Shown: piece by piece, positions 11,109-20,603 of the stretch
Numbering within the stretch: position 1 is the stretch's first letter
How the letters are laid out: each line of letters begins with the position of its first letter
Assembly (NCBI GenBank): GCA_963727445.1
Contig: CAVSGI010000014.1
Location: 417,832-481,831 of the forward strand
Direction: 5' to 3'
Length of the DNA stretch: 64,000 nt
From: an uncultured delta proteobacterium
Lineage (GTDB): Bacteria > Myxococcota_A > Polyangia > Polyangiales > B10-G4
The notes under the pieces: generated by a model
What the model was told of the DNA's origin: nothing
The model's database searches: none
The model's input: the letters and a program-made list of their open reading frames with translations, nothing else
Position numbers and translations under genes: made by a program

Positions 11109-12044
11109 TCAGTCCCAGCCCTGCATCCAGGGCTGGGCGCGGTAGCGGTCCCAGCTGTCGCACATCACGGTGACGACGGGTCCGTCGAGGCCGCCGCGGG
11201 CGGCGACCCGGAGGGCGGCGACCAGGTTGGTGCCCGACGAGCCACCGACGAAGAGGCCCTCCTCGCGCACCAGGCGCTTCACCATCGCGAAGCTCTCGTC
11301 GTCGCTCACACTTTCGGCCGCATCGATGACCGATCCGTCGAGGTTGCCGGGCACCTTGCTCGAGCCGATGCCTTCCACGGCGTAGGCACCGTCGGGTCCG
11401 AGCTCGCCGTTTTGAACCCAGTACGCGAGGCCCGAGCCGACGGGATCGGCGAGGACGATCTGCACGTTCGCAAAGGCGCGCTTGAGGCGGCGCCCGACGC
11501 CGGTGATCGTGCCGCCCGTGCCCGAGCCTGCAACGAAGGCGCCGATGGGGCCGTCCACCTGAGCGAGAAGCTCGCCGGCGGTTTCTTCTTCGTGCACGCG
11601 TGGGTTCGCGGGGTTTTCGAATTGGTCGGTGAGAAACCAACCGTTCTCCTCCGCCATGCGCCGGGCGACGTTCTGGAAGTTGTCGGGGTGGGACGGCGGC
11701 GCGTTGGGCGTGACCACCACGCGCGCGCCCATCGCGCGGAGCGCCTCGCGCTTGTCCGCGCTCATCTTCTCGGGCATCACGCAGACGAGCCCGTAGCCCC
11801 GCGCAGCCGCGACGAGCGCGAGCCCTACCCCGGTGTTGCCCGCCGTCGCTTCGATGAGCGTCGCCCCCGGCTGAAGCACGCCACGCGCCTCGGCGTCGTC
11901 GACGATGGCGAGGGCGATGCGATCCTTGATCGAGCCGCCCGGATTCATGTGCTCGCACTTGACCAGGACGGGCGAAGGCAGGTCCCGCCCGATGTGCGTG
12001 AGCGGCACGAGCGGCGTCTTTCCGACGTGAGAGAGGATGGTCAT
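11109..12044 (-). CDS. Cysteine synthase / cystathionine beta-synthase family PLP enzyme
   Basis: NPGGSIKDRIA (PLP lysine), EATAGNTG, QFENPAN, GSGTGGT, VEGIG. Confidence 0.92.
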   Translation of the reverse strand: MTILSHVGKTPLVPLTHIGRDLPSPVLVKCEHMNPGGSIKDRIALAIVDDAEARGVLQPGATLIEATAGNTGVGLALVAAARGYGLVCVMPEKMSADKREALRAMGARVVVTPNAPPSHPDNFQNVARRMAEENGWFLTDQFENPANPRVHEEETAGELLAQVDGPIGAFVAGSGTGGTITGVGRRLKRAFANVQIVLADPVGSGLAYWVQNGELGPDGAYAVEGIGSSKVPGNLDGSVIDAAESVSDDESFAMVKRLVREEGLFVGGSSGTNLVAALRVAARGGLDGPVVTVMCDSWDRYRAQPWMQGWD

Positions 12045-12419
12045 CGGTCAGACAGCATACGTGAGGCGGCCGATGCAGGGGTGGGGCGTCGGGAAGCGCG
12101 TCTCGCTGCGCTCGCGCGCTCGCTTGCGCGGGTCTTGGTGAGGCGGTGGCCGGCGGGCGCGAAGCGCGTTTCGCTTCGCTCACTCAGAGCGGTTTGGGGG
12201 GAGCCGTGCGCGCGTTTCGCTGCGCTCATGGGCAATGATCTGATGGGCTGCGGGCAGCGTTCGGCCCCCCCTCGGCGCCTACGGCGCCGGGTCGCGGCCT
12301 GGCAGCCGCTCCGCTCCTGCCCCGGCAACCTGGACAGAGTGGAGCGTTGCGAGGCAACGCGATTTGGGCGGCGGGCGCAAAGCTCGTTTCGCTGCGCTCA
12401 TACACCTCAGCGGGGGCTA

Positions 12420-12519
12420 ACGGGGACGGTCTACACTTTTCAACTTTCGCCACGCAGCCCGGGTTTCATCCACATGCGCGCGGCCCAGCCGAAAGTTGAA
12501 AAGTGTAGACCGTCCCCGT
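12420..12519. mobile_element. Non-coding MITE/REP-doublet-like element with 30-bp terminal inverted repeats
   Basis: 12420-12449 (ACGGGGACGGTCTACACTTTTCAACTTTCG) is the exact reverse complement of 12490-12519, with a 40-bp core between them. Mobility is inferred; no transposase is present in the window. Confidence 0.45.
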
Positions 12520-12603
12520 CAAGCGAGCCGAAAGTTGAAAAGTGTAGACCGTCCCCGTCAAGCGAGCCGAAAGTTGAAAAGTGTAGACCGTCCCCATCAA
12601 GCG
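12488..12603. repeat. Three tandem copies of a 39-bp unit
   Basis: GCCGAAAGTTGAAAAGTGTAGACCGTCCCCGTCAAGCGA starts at 12488, 12527 and 12566. The third copy has one substitution and lacks the last base. Confidence 0.97.
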
Positions 12604-12637
12604 TTTGCAACGCATCGAGCTGGCGATCTACCCTCTC

Positions 12638-12961
12638 GTGGTGCGCCTCTCCTTGAGACTCCTTTCACTCCTGCTCGCGGTGAGCATGAGCCCCGGTTTC
12701 GTGGAGCTGATCGAGGACGCCGCGCACCTGGTCGTCGTGGGGCAGTCCGAGCACGCTGACCCGGGCCATGGATGCCCCGAACACGGCTGCACCCCGGCGT
12801 CGCACCACTGTGGCTGCTGCGCGTCGCTGCCGATGGTGCCCCCCTCGATGACCGCCGACCTCGGCGCACCAGCCGAGCTCGGCACCCCGTGGCTGCAAGA
12901 CTCGGAGCGCGGAGGGCCGCAGGGCTTCCGCACCCAGCTCGAGCGCCCGCCGATCGCCTGA
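12638..12961 (+). CDS. Small His/Cys-rich exported protein, CzcI/DUF2946-like
   Basis: Hydrophobic N-terminus, EHADPGHGCPEHGC...HHCGCC, C-terminal LERPPIA; directly upstream of czcCBA-like genes. Start GTG at 12638 or 12641. Confidence 0.7.
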   Translation: MVRLSLRLLSLLLAVSMSPGFVELIEDAAHLVVVGQSEHADPGHGCPEHGCTPASHHCGCCASLPMVPPSMTADLGAPAELGTPWLQDSERGGPQGFRTQLERPPIA

Positions 12962-13075
12962 GCCTCGGCGCGCCAGGAGTCGTCCGTCCGCTTTTTGGCG
13001 GCAGGTCGCGCGCCGACACGCGCGGGTGAGCGTCTTCGCTCGCCCCTTCCCTCTGTACCGCGTGGGGTGATTCGG

Positions 13076-14468
13076 ATGCGAACGACGTTCGCGGCCATCG
13101 TGGCCGCATGGGTTTTCTTTGGCGCTGCGCCTGCAGCAGCACAAGACGAGACACCGCCAGCTGGTGGGCTCGAGGCCGAGGTTCCAGGTGACAGGCTCCA
13201 AGCCGACGTCCCCGCAGGCGGCGGGCTCGAAGCCGAGGTGCCACCGGTCAGCCTGGGCGGCGAGTCCATCGGGCTGCCCGCGCTGCTCTCCTTCGCCGAA
13301 CGACACGCGCCTCGGCTCGCCGTCGCGAAGGCCGAGGTCGAGCTGAGCGACGCGGACTTCGGCGTGGCCGCCCCGGTCCTGCCCGACAACGCCATGTTGC
13401 GTGTGGGCGTGGGCGCACGCGTGGCGAGTCAGGGGGGCGCCTCGGATCTGAACGCGATGGTGCTGCTCCTTCAGCCCTTCGAGATCGCGGGCCAACGGCC
13501 GCTCCGCTTCGAGGTCGCGCGCGCAGCCCGGACCACGCGCACGCGCCACCTCGAGCAAGCGCGCTGGGAGGTGCACCAGCTGATCCACGCCGGCTATCGC
13601 GGCGCCCTGGCCGCGCGACGACGCGCCGAGCTCACCCGACACCTCGCCGCCTTCGCCGCGCAGCTCGTGACGATCGCTTCCGAGCGCGTCCGCGCCGGTG
13701 ACGCCGCGCCGCTCATCGAGCGCCTGGCCGAAGCGGACGAGGCTCAGGCCGAGCAGCGCGCGGTGGCCGCGCTTCAAGATTATCGCGACGCCTGCCTCGC
13801 CCTGGCGGAGGTGGCGGGATGGCCCGCCTCGAGGCCACCGGAGCCCATCGGCGAGCTCACCCCACCGCGCCACGCCCCGGCGCTCGGCGAGCTCACCGAG
13901 CTCGCCCTCGCCCACAACCCGGAGCTCCTCCAACGCCGCGCCGCCTCCCAGGAAGCCGCGCTCCGCGTCGACCTCGCCCATCGCGACGCCTGGCCCGACC
14001 CGCGCCTCGGCGCCCAATACGTCTACGAGGGCGCGCCGGGGGGCGGGATCCCGGAGCACGTGCTCATGGGGATTCTGCAGCTCGACATCCCCTCTTTCGC
14101 GCTGAACCAGGCGGCGATCGCGCGCACCACCGCCGAGCGAGAGGTCGCCGACGCGCGCCGCGACGTCCTCGCCTCGCTCCTCGAGGTGCGACTCGAGCGG
14201 TTGCGGAGCGCGGTGAACGCCGCCGCGGAGCGAGTGCGGAGCTACGGCTCGGACATCCTGCCGCGCTTCGCCGAGAACCTCACGATGCTGCGGCGCGCTT
14301 TCGAGCTGGGCGAGATTGATCTGCTCCGAGTCTCGGTCGCCCTCGAGCGCTTCTTGAGCGTGCAGCAACAGGCCCTCGGCGCGCACGTCGACTACTTCGC
14401 AGCCGTCGCGGCTCTCGAAGCCGAGGTCGGAGAAGAGATTCTGGGAAGACGAAGGAGATGCACGATGA
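13076..14468 (+). CDS. czcC: TolC-family outer membrane factor (CzcC-like)
   Basis: Signal peptide, QPFEIAGQR, ALAHNPEL, RRAFELGEIDLL. The ORF track fuses it to czcB; removing one T near 14440 gives ...EEIWEDEGDAR* overlapping the czcB ATG. Confidence 0.85.
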
Positions 14469-15598
14469 ACGCGCGCGATGCTTTCGCGAGCCTGCTCTTG
14501 ATCATGGCGCTCTGCGCCTGCGGCTCCGAAGAGGGAGCGCATCACGAAGAGGCGCACGAGGCCCCACGCCCGGCAGGCGAGGTCCACCTCTCGCCCGAAG
14601 CGATCGCCGCGAGCGGGATCGAGGTCGGCGAGGTCGAGCGACGCGCGCTGACCGGGGGCGCCGGGCTCCCGGCGGAGCTGAGCTTCGACCCCTTGAGCAC
14701 CGCGCACGTCTCGCCTCTCGCCAGCGGCCGCTTCACCCGCGTCGCCGTCGCACTGGGTGACACCGTCGAAGAAGGTCAGCTCCTCGGCACGGTCCTGTCA
14801 GGCGACGCGTCGGAGGCCAGCTCTCAGCTCGCCCAGGCAAGGGCGCGCCTCTCCGCCGCAGAGAACGCCCTCGACCGACACCGGCAGCTCGTCGGCGAAG
14901 GGATCGGCGCGCAGCGCGCCCTCGTCGAGGCAGAGGCCGAAGTGGCGGGGCTCCGCGCCGAGGTGCAGGGCCTCGCCAATCAGCTCGGCGTCCTCGGCTC
15001 GGCGCGCGGCGGCATCCTTCGCCTCGAGGCGCCGATCGCCGGCGTCGTCGTCCAGATGCACGCGACGCCGGGCGAGACGGCGAGCCCCGACGAGCCCGCC
15101 TTCACCATCGCCGACCCGACGAAGATCAGCGCCTACGGGCAGGTGCCCGAGCTCGCCATCTCGCGCGTCGAGGAAGGCCTGTCGACCCTCTTCCGGCCGC
15201 ATGCCTTCCCCGAGCTCGCCCTGCCAGGCACCATTCAGTACGTCGCGCCAGCGATCGATCCCGAGACCCGCACCCTGAGCGTCCGCGTCTCCCTCGACGC
15301 GCTGGACCCGCGCCTGCGCAGCGGGATGTTCGGCACCCTCGAGATCATCGGTGACGACGCGCGCTCCCTGGCGGTGCCCACCAACGCCGTCGTCACCCTC
15401 GAAGGCACCCCTTCGGTGTTCGTGCCGGGCGATGAGGAGGGGAGCTTCCGACCGGTCCCCGTCCGCATCGGCCGTCGCGCCGGGAGCTACTACGAGCTCC
15501 TGGACGGCCTCGCCGAGGGCGACGCGCTCGTCGTCGCGGGCGCGTTCACCCTGAAGAGCGCCGCGTCCGCCGACGAGCTCACCGAGCACCATGACTGA
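14465..15598 (+). CDS. czcB: RND efflux periplasmic adaptor (CzcB-like)
   Basis: GAAGGAG RBS, lipobox-like ALCACG, His-rich HHEEAHE, LEAPIAGVV, LRSGMFG, VPTNAV. Confidence 0.88.
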   Translation: MNARDAFASLLLIMALCACGSEEGAHHEEAHEAPRPAGEVHLSPEAIAASGIEVGEVERRALTGGAGLPAELSFDPLSTAHVSPLASGRFTRVAVALGDTVEEGQLLGTVLSGDASEASSQLAQARARLSAAENALDRHRQLVGEGIGAQRALVEAEAEVAGLRAEVQGLANQLGVLGSARGGILRLEAPIAGVVVQMHATPGETASPDEPAFTIADPTKISAYGQVPELAISRVEEGLSTLFRPHAFPELALPGTIQYVAPAIDPETRTLSVRVSLDALDPRLRSGMFGTLEIIGDDARSLAVPTNAVVTLEGTPSVFVPGDEEGSFRPVPVRIGRRAGSYYELLDGLAEGDALVVAGAFTLKSAASADELTEHHD

Positions 15599-15610
15599 GC
15601 GGGGCGAGCG

Positions 15611-18600
15611 ATGAAGAAGCTCCTCGAGCTCTGCCTCAAATGGCGCCTGCTGGTCTTCGTCGGCGTCGCCCTCGTGGTCGTGCTGGGCGTGCGCAGCGCG
15701 GAGCAGCTGCCCATCGACGCCGTCCCGGACATCACCAACGTCCAGGTCCAGGTGCTCACCAACGTCCCCGCCCTCGGGCCGGTCGACGTCGAACGAACCG
15801 TCACCTTCCCCATCGAGTCCGCGATGAGCGGCATCCCGAACGTCGAGGAGATCCGCAGCATCTCCCGCTTCGGCCTCTCCGCGGTGACCATCGTCTTCGA
15901 AGAGGGAACCGACCTCCTGCGCGCTCGGCAACTCGTCTCGGAGCGCCTGGTGCAGGCGAAGGAGGCCCTTCCGCCCGGGGCGCAGCCCGAGATGGGCCCG
16001 CTCTCCACCGGCCTCGGCGAGGTGCTGCAGTTCGAGGTGAAGAGCGATCGCATGTGCCCGAGTCCCGAAGAGGACACGCCCGATTGCTACACGCCGATGG
16101 AGCTTCGCTCGCTCCTCGACTGGTTCATCGCCGTGGAGCTCCGAAGCGTTCCCGGCGTCGTCGAGGTCAACAGCTTCGGTGGCGAGCTCAAGACCTACGA
16201 GGTGGAGGTCCTGCCCAACCGCCTCCGCGCTCTCAACGTCTCGCTGTCGCAGCTCTATGACGCCCTCGAGCGCAACAACGGCACCGCCGGTGGCGGCTAC
16301 CTGGTCCGCGCCGGCGAACAGCTCCTCGTCCGCGGTGAGGGGCGCGTCCAGACCCTCGACGACATCGAGGAAGTGATCATCGACACCCGCGAGCCGGACG
16401 GCGTCCCGGTGTTGGTTCGCGACGTCGCGCGCGTGCACTTCGCGCCGATGCTGCGTCAGGGCGCCGTCACCCGCGACGGGCGCGGCGAGGTGGTCACCGG
16501 CATCGTGATGATGTTGATCGGAGCCAACGGGCGGGAGGTGGTCGACGCGGCCAAAGAGCGCCTCGAACGCCTCGCGCCGTCGCTCCCCGAGGGCGTCGAG
16601 ATCGACGTCTTCTACGACCGCTCGGCCCTGGTGAACCGAACGATTCGCACGGTGGCGACCAATCTCGCCGAGGGCGCCCTCTTCGTCGTCGGCGTGCTCT
16701 TTCTGCTCCTCGGGAGCCTGCGCGGCGGCCTCATCGTCGCCTCCGCCATCCCCTTCGCCATGCTCGTCGCCTTCAGCGCGATGAAGGCCCTCGGCCTGAG
16801 CGGCAACCTGATGAGCCTCGGCGCCATCGACTTCGGGATCGTGGTCGACGGCTCGATCATCGTTGTCGAAAACGCCGTCGTTCACCTCGCAGCGGCCGCG
16901 CGAGGACGCGACAGGGCGCTCGGATATCGCGAGGCGGCCGAGATCGTCCTCGGCTCGACCCTCGACGTGCGTCGCGCTGCCCTCTACGGCGAAGCGATCA
17001 TCGTCCTGGTCTACGTCCCCATCCTCACCCTCGCCGGCATCGAGGGGAAGATGTTCAAGCCGATGGCGCTCACTGTCCTCTTCGCGCTCGCGGGCGCCTT
17101 CATCGCCTCACTGACCTTCGTCCCGGTCCTCGTGGCGACCTTCATGCGTCAGCACACGGAGGAGAGGCAGCCATTTTTGGTGCGCCTCCTGCACCGCGTC
17201 TATCCGCGCCTGCTCGGCGGAGCCATGCGCCACCCGCGCTACATCGCGACCGCCTCCATAGTGGCCCTCGTGCTCACCGGCATCCTGGGATCGACGATGG
17301 GCGCCGAGTTCATCCCGCGCCTGGACGAGGGCGCGCTCGCCATCCAGATCATGCGCCTGCCGAGCGTGTCGCTCGAGGAGAGCGTCGCGAGCAGCACGCG
17401 CTTCGAACGGGTGATCCGGGAGTTCCCCGAGGTGACCACGGTGATCGCCAAGACGGGACGCGCGGAGATCGCGACCGACCCCATGGGCGTCGAGATGTCC
17501 GACGTCATCGTCATGCTGAAACCGCCCGATCAGTGGGTGACGGCGCACACGCGCGAGGGCCTGGTCGAGGCGATGGCGACGCGACTTCGCGAGCGGCTTC
17601 CGGGCCAGGGATACTCCTTCTCCCAGCCCATCGAGCTGCGCATGGCCGAGCTCATCAGCGGCAGTCGCTCCGACGTCGCCATCACCATCTACGGCGACGA
17701 CCTCTCGGACCTCGAGCGAATGAGCCGCGAGGTGCAGGCGGTCGTTCGAACGGTTCCCGGCGCGGCGGACGTGCGCGGCGAGCAGCTCGCTGGGCTTCCG
17801 ACCCTCGAGGTGACCGTCGATCGCGCCGCCGCCGCCCGCTACGGCGTGCAGGTGCGCGACGCCCTCGACGCGATCGAGGCCATCGGCGGGCGCGGCGTGG
17901 GCGAGGTCTACGAGGGCCAGGTGCGCTATCGGATGCAGGTGCGCTTGCCGGCGGAGCTCCGCGACGACATCGACCAGCTTCGCCTGCTGCCGGTGAGCGG
18001 CGCCCGCGGCGTGCTGGTGCCTCTCGGCCAGATCGCCACCCTCGAGATCGTCGACTCGCCGGCGAGCGTGAGCCGCGAAGCGGTGCGGCGTCGGACCATC
18101 GTCGAGGTCAACGTCCGCGGCCGCGACCTCGCGGGCTTCGTCGCCGATGCGCAAGGGCGCGTCGAAGAAGAGGTCGACCTCTCCCCCGGCACCGTCGTCG
18201 ATTGGGGCGGGCAGTTCGAGAACCTCGAGGCTGCGACCGAACGCCTGGCGCTCGCCGTCCCGCTCGCCCTGACCTTGATCTTCGTGCTGCTCTACATGGC
18301 CTTCGGCGAGCTCGGGACCTCGCTTCTGATCTACCTGAACGTCCCCTTCGCGGCGGTCGGCGGCGTGGTCGCGCTCGCCCTCCGGGGCATGCCCTTTTCC
18401 ATCAGCGCCGCGGTCGGCTTCATCGCCCTCTTCGGCATCGCCGTGCTCAACGGCGTGGTGCTGCTGACGACCATCAAAGCGGCCAGAGCGGAGGGCAAGA
18501 GCGCCGCGCAGGCGGCGCGCGAAGGGGCGGAGAGCCGGCTGCGCGCGGTGGTGATGACGGCGAGCGTAGCCGCCCTGGGCTTTTTGCCGATGGCGCTCTC

Positions 18601-18763
18601 CACCGGCGCGGGGGCGGAGGTCCAGCGTCCCCTCGCGACGGTGGTGATCGGAGGGCTCACCAGCGCCACCTTCCTGACCCTCTTCGTCCTGCCCTCGCTC
18701 TACGCCTGGCTCTTCCGCGACCCCGAGCACTTGCCGGAGAAGGAGCCGGACTTAGCTGAATGA
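15611..18763 (+). CDS. czcA: Heavy-metal efflux RND transporter, CzcA/CusA family
   Basis: LPIDAVPDITNVQVQV, NLMSLGAIDFGIVVDGSIIVVENA (CzcA-type TM4), GFIALFGIAVLNG, GAEVQRPLATVVIGG. Confidence 0.95.
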   Translation: MKKLLELCLKWRLLVFVGVALVVVLGVRSAEQLPIDAVPDITNVQVQVLTNVPALGPVDVERTVTFPIESAMSGIPNVEEIRSISRFGLSAVTIVFEEGTDLLRARQLVSERLVQAKEALPPGAQPEMGPLSTGLGEVLQFEVKSDRMCPSPEEDTPDCYTPMELRSLLDWFIAVELRSVPGVVEVNSFGGELKTYEVEVLPNRLRALNVSLSQLYDALERNNGTAGGGYLVRAGEQLLVRGEGRVQTLDDIEEVIIDTREPDGVPVLVRDVARVHFAPMLRQGAVTRDGRGEVVTGIVMMLIGANGREVVDAAKERLERLAPSLPEGVEIDVFYDRSALVNRTIRTVATNLAEGALFVVGVLFLLLGSLRGGLIVASAIPFAMLVAFSAMKALGLSGNLMSLGAIDFGIVVDGSIIVVENAVVHLAAAARGRDRALGYREAAEIVLGSTLDVRRAALYGEAIIVLVYVPILTLAGIEGKMFKPMALTVLFALAGAFIASLTFVPVLVATFMRQHTEERQPFLVRLLHRVYPRLLGGAMRHPRYIATASIVALVLTGILGSTMGAEFIPRLDEGALAIQIMRLPSVSLEESVASSTRFERVIREFPEVTTVIAKTGRAEIATDPMGVEMSDVIVMLKPPDQWVTAHTREGLVEAMATRLRERLPGQGYSFSQPIELRMAELISGSRSDVAITIYGDDLSDLERMSREVQAVVRTVPGAADVRGEQLAGLPTLEVTVDRAAAARYGVQVRDALDAIEAIGGRGVGEVYEGQVRYRMQVRLPAELRDDIDQLRLLPVSGARGVLVPLGQIATLEIVDSPASVSREAVRRRTIVEVNVRGRDLAGFVADAQGRVEEEVDLSPGTVVDWGGQFENLEAATERLALAVPLALTLIFVLLYMAFGELGTSLLIYLNVPFAAVGGVVALALRGMPFSISAAVGFIALFGIAVLNGVVLLTTIKAARAEGKSAAQAAREGAESRLRAVVMTASVAALGFLPMALSTGAGAEVQRPLATVVIGGLTSATFLTLFVLPSLYAWLFRDPEHLPEKEPDLAE

Positions 18764-19476
18764 CCAGGTACGACGTGAAACTCGAGGACGTGCGCAGGAA
18801 CTACGATCGCGTCGCCGGAAGCTACGACTTCTGGACGGACGCGATCCTCGGCCGCGTCCTCGGGCTGGACCGCGTCCGCGAGCACGCGCTCGATCAACTG
18901 GGTGACCTTCGCAAGAAGACGGTGCTCGACATCGGCTGCGGCACCGGCCGCAACCTGCCCGGCCTCGAGTCCCGTGTCGGGCCCTCCGGCCACGTCATCG
19001 GCATCGACTACTCGGCGGGGATGCTGGAAGAGGCGCGCAGCCTCGTCGCCGAACGCGGGTGGCGCAACGTCACTTTGCTCCACGACGACGCGACGCAGCT
19101 CCGTCATGTCGTCGCGCCAGTGGATGCGGTGGTCAGCGTCTGGTGCATGGGGATCGTCTACGACCTCGAAGCCGCGCTGGACCGCGCGGTCGACCTGCTC
19201 CGGCCGGGCGGCCGCATGGTCATCATGGACTTCGCGCGCGCCCGTCCCGACCACGGCCCCCTTCACTACCTCTACCCGGCCTACAGCCGCGTTCTGCGCT
19301 GGGCCGGCATCGACTCCGAGGAAGACCTCGACGACGCGCGGCTCCGGGCCAAGTGGGCGCGGGGGCAGGCCCTGCTGCACGAACGACTCGAAAACGTCGA
19401 GGAAGAGCGCTACCTCAGCGGGGGTGGGCTGATCATCACGGGCACTGCGCCGGCGAGGATCCCAGCCGCCGCCTGA
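18760..19476 (+). CDS. Class I SAM-dependent methyltransferase
   Basis: VLDIGCGTG, IGIDYSAGML, LLRPGGRMVIMD; ATGA overlap with the czcA stop. Confidence 0.88.
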   Translation: MTRYDVKLEDVRRNYDRVAGSYDFWTDAILGRVLGLDRVREHALDQLGDLRKKTVLDIGCGTGRNLPGLESRVGPSGHVIGIDYSAGMLEEARSLVAERGWRNVTLLHDDATQLRHVVAPVDAVVSVWCMGIVYDLEAALDRAVDLLRPGGRMVIMDFARARPDHGPLHYLYPAYSRVLRWAGIDSEEDLDDARLRAKWARGQALLHERLENVEEERYLSGGGLIITGTAPARIPAAA

Positions 19477-19517
19477 GTGTGATTGACACACTGTGACGAA
19501 GGACTCAGCTTCCCGAG

Positions 19518-20471
19518 ATGACCCTCGCCCGCCTTCCGCTCTTCGAGCGCCTCGCCCCCGCCCGCCGTGTGCTCGTCGCCGGAGCGGGGGGCGGCTTCGA
19601 CGTCTACGCCGGCCTGCCCCTGGTCTTCGCCCTCGAGGACGCGGGCAAGGAGGTGCACCTCGCGAATCTATCCTTTGCGGACCTCAGCGGGATCGCGGAG
19701 CGGCCGATTCATCCGTCGATCGCGCCCGTGACGGCGGACGCCGATGGCTCCGAGGTCTACTTCCCCGAAAAGCACCTCTGTGAGTGGTTTCGCGCCGAGG
19801 ACGGGCGCGAGGTGGTCATCCACGCCTTGTCCAAGGTGGGCGTCAAACCCTCGAGCGAGGCCTACCGCGCTCTCGTCGCTCGCCTCGGGGTCGACGCGCT
19901 GGTCCTCGTCGACGGAGGCACGGACAGCTTGATGCGCGGCGACGAAGCCGGGCTCGGCACCCCCGTCGAGGACGCGGCCTCCCTCGCTGCCGCCGCGGCG
20001 ACCGAGGTGCCCATCAAGCTCCTCACTTGCCTCGGCTTCGGCATCGATCACTTCCACGGCGTCGCGCATCGGGACGTCCTCGAAGCCACAGCCGAGCTAT
20101 CCCGCGCCGGCGCCTTCCTCGGCGCCTTCAGCGTGCTTTCGTCGATGCCCGAAGCCGCCCGCTACCTCGCCGCCCTCGACTGGGTCCATCAGCGCGCACC
20201 CGCGCGCCCCAGCATCGTGAACGGCTCCATCGCCTCGGCGATCCGCGGCTTCTTCGGCGACCACCACTTCACGGAGCGAACCGCCGGAAGCGAGCTCTTC
20301 ATCAACCCGCTCATGGCGCTCTACTTCGCCTTCGAGCTCGAACCCGTCGCGGAGCGGGTCTTGTACCGAAAGGCCATCGCCCACACGGAGACCGCCTTCG
20401 AGATGATGGCGATCATCGAGGCCTTCCGCGCCGAGCTCACCCCCAAGCGCCGCGCGCCGATCCCGCTTTGA
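19518..20471 (+). CDS. DUF1152 family protein
   Basis: VAGAGGGFD, HLANLSF, YFPE, LVDGGTDSLMRGDE..LGTP.ED, GFGID.FHG, ELFINPLM. Confidence 0.75.
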   Translation: MTLARLPLFERLAPARRVLVAGAGGGFDVYAGLPLVFALEDAGKEVHLANLSFADLSGIAERPIHPSIAPVTADADGSEVYFPEKHLCEWFRAEDGREVVIHALSKVGVKPSSEAYRALVARLGVDALVLVDGGTDSLMRGDEAGLGTPVEDAASLAAAAATEVPIKLLTCLGFGIDHFHGVAHRDVLEATAELSRAGAFLGAFSVLSSMPEAARYLAALDWVHQRAPARPSIVNGSIASAIRGFFGDHHFTERTAGSELFINPLMALYFAFELEPVAERVLYRKAIAHTETAFEMMAIIEAFRAELTPKRRAPIPL

Positions 20472-20603
20472 CATCGAGCCCGGATCGTTCCGATCGGGAG
20501 CTGGGAGCGCTCTGGGCTCCGCCTTCGGGTGCAGCTTTCCGCTGGATCACGGCGCCCCCGAGGTGGTGCGCGGAATGCATACATCGTCCCACCGGAGGTG
20601 AAT

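Noticed and set aside
12420..12603. CRISPR array
   Set aside because: The 39-bp units abut with no unique spacers, one copy is inverted, and no cas genes are present.
12995..15598. Natural CzcC-CzcB fusion protein (867-aa ORF)
   Set aside because: Deleting one T near 14440 restores a czcC stop overlapping the czcB ATG. czcB has its own RBS and signal peptide, and indels are common in this window.
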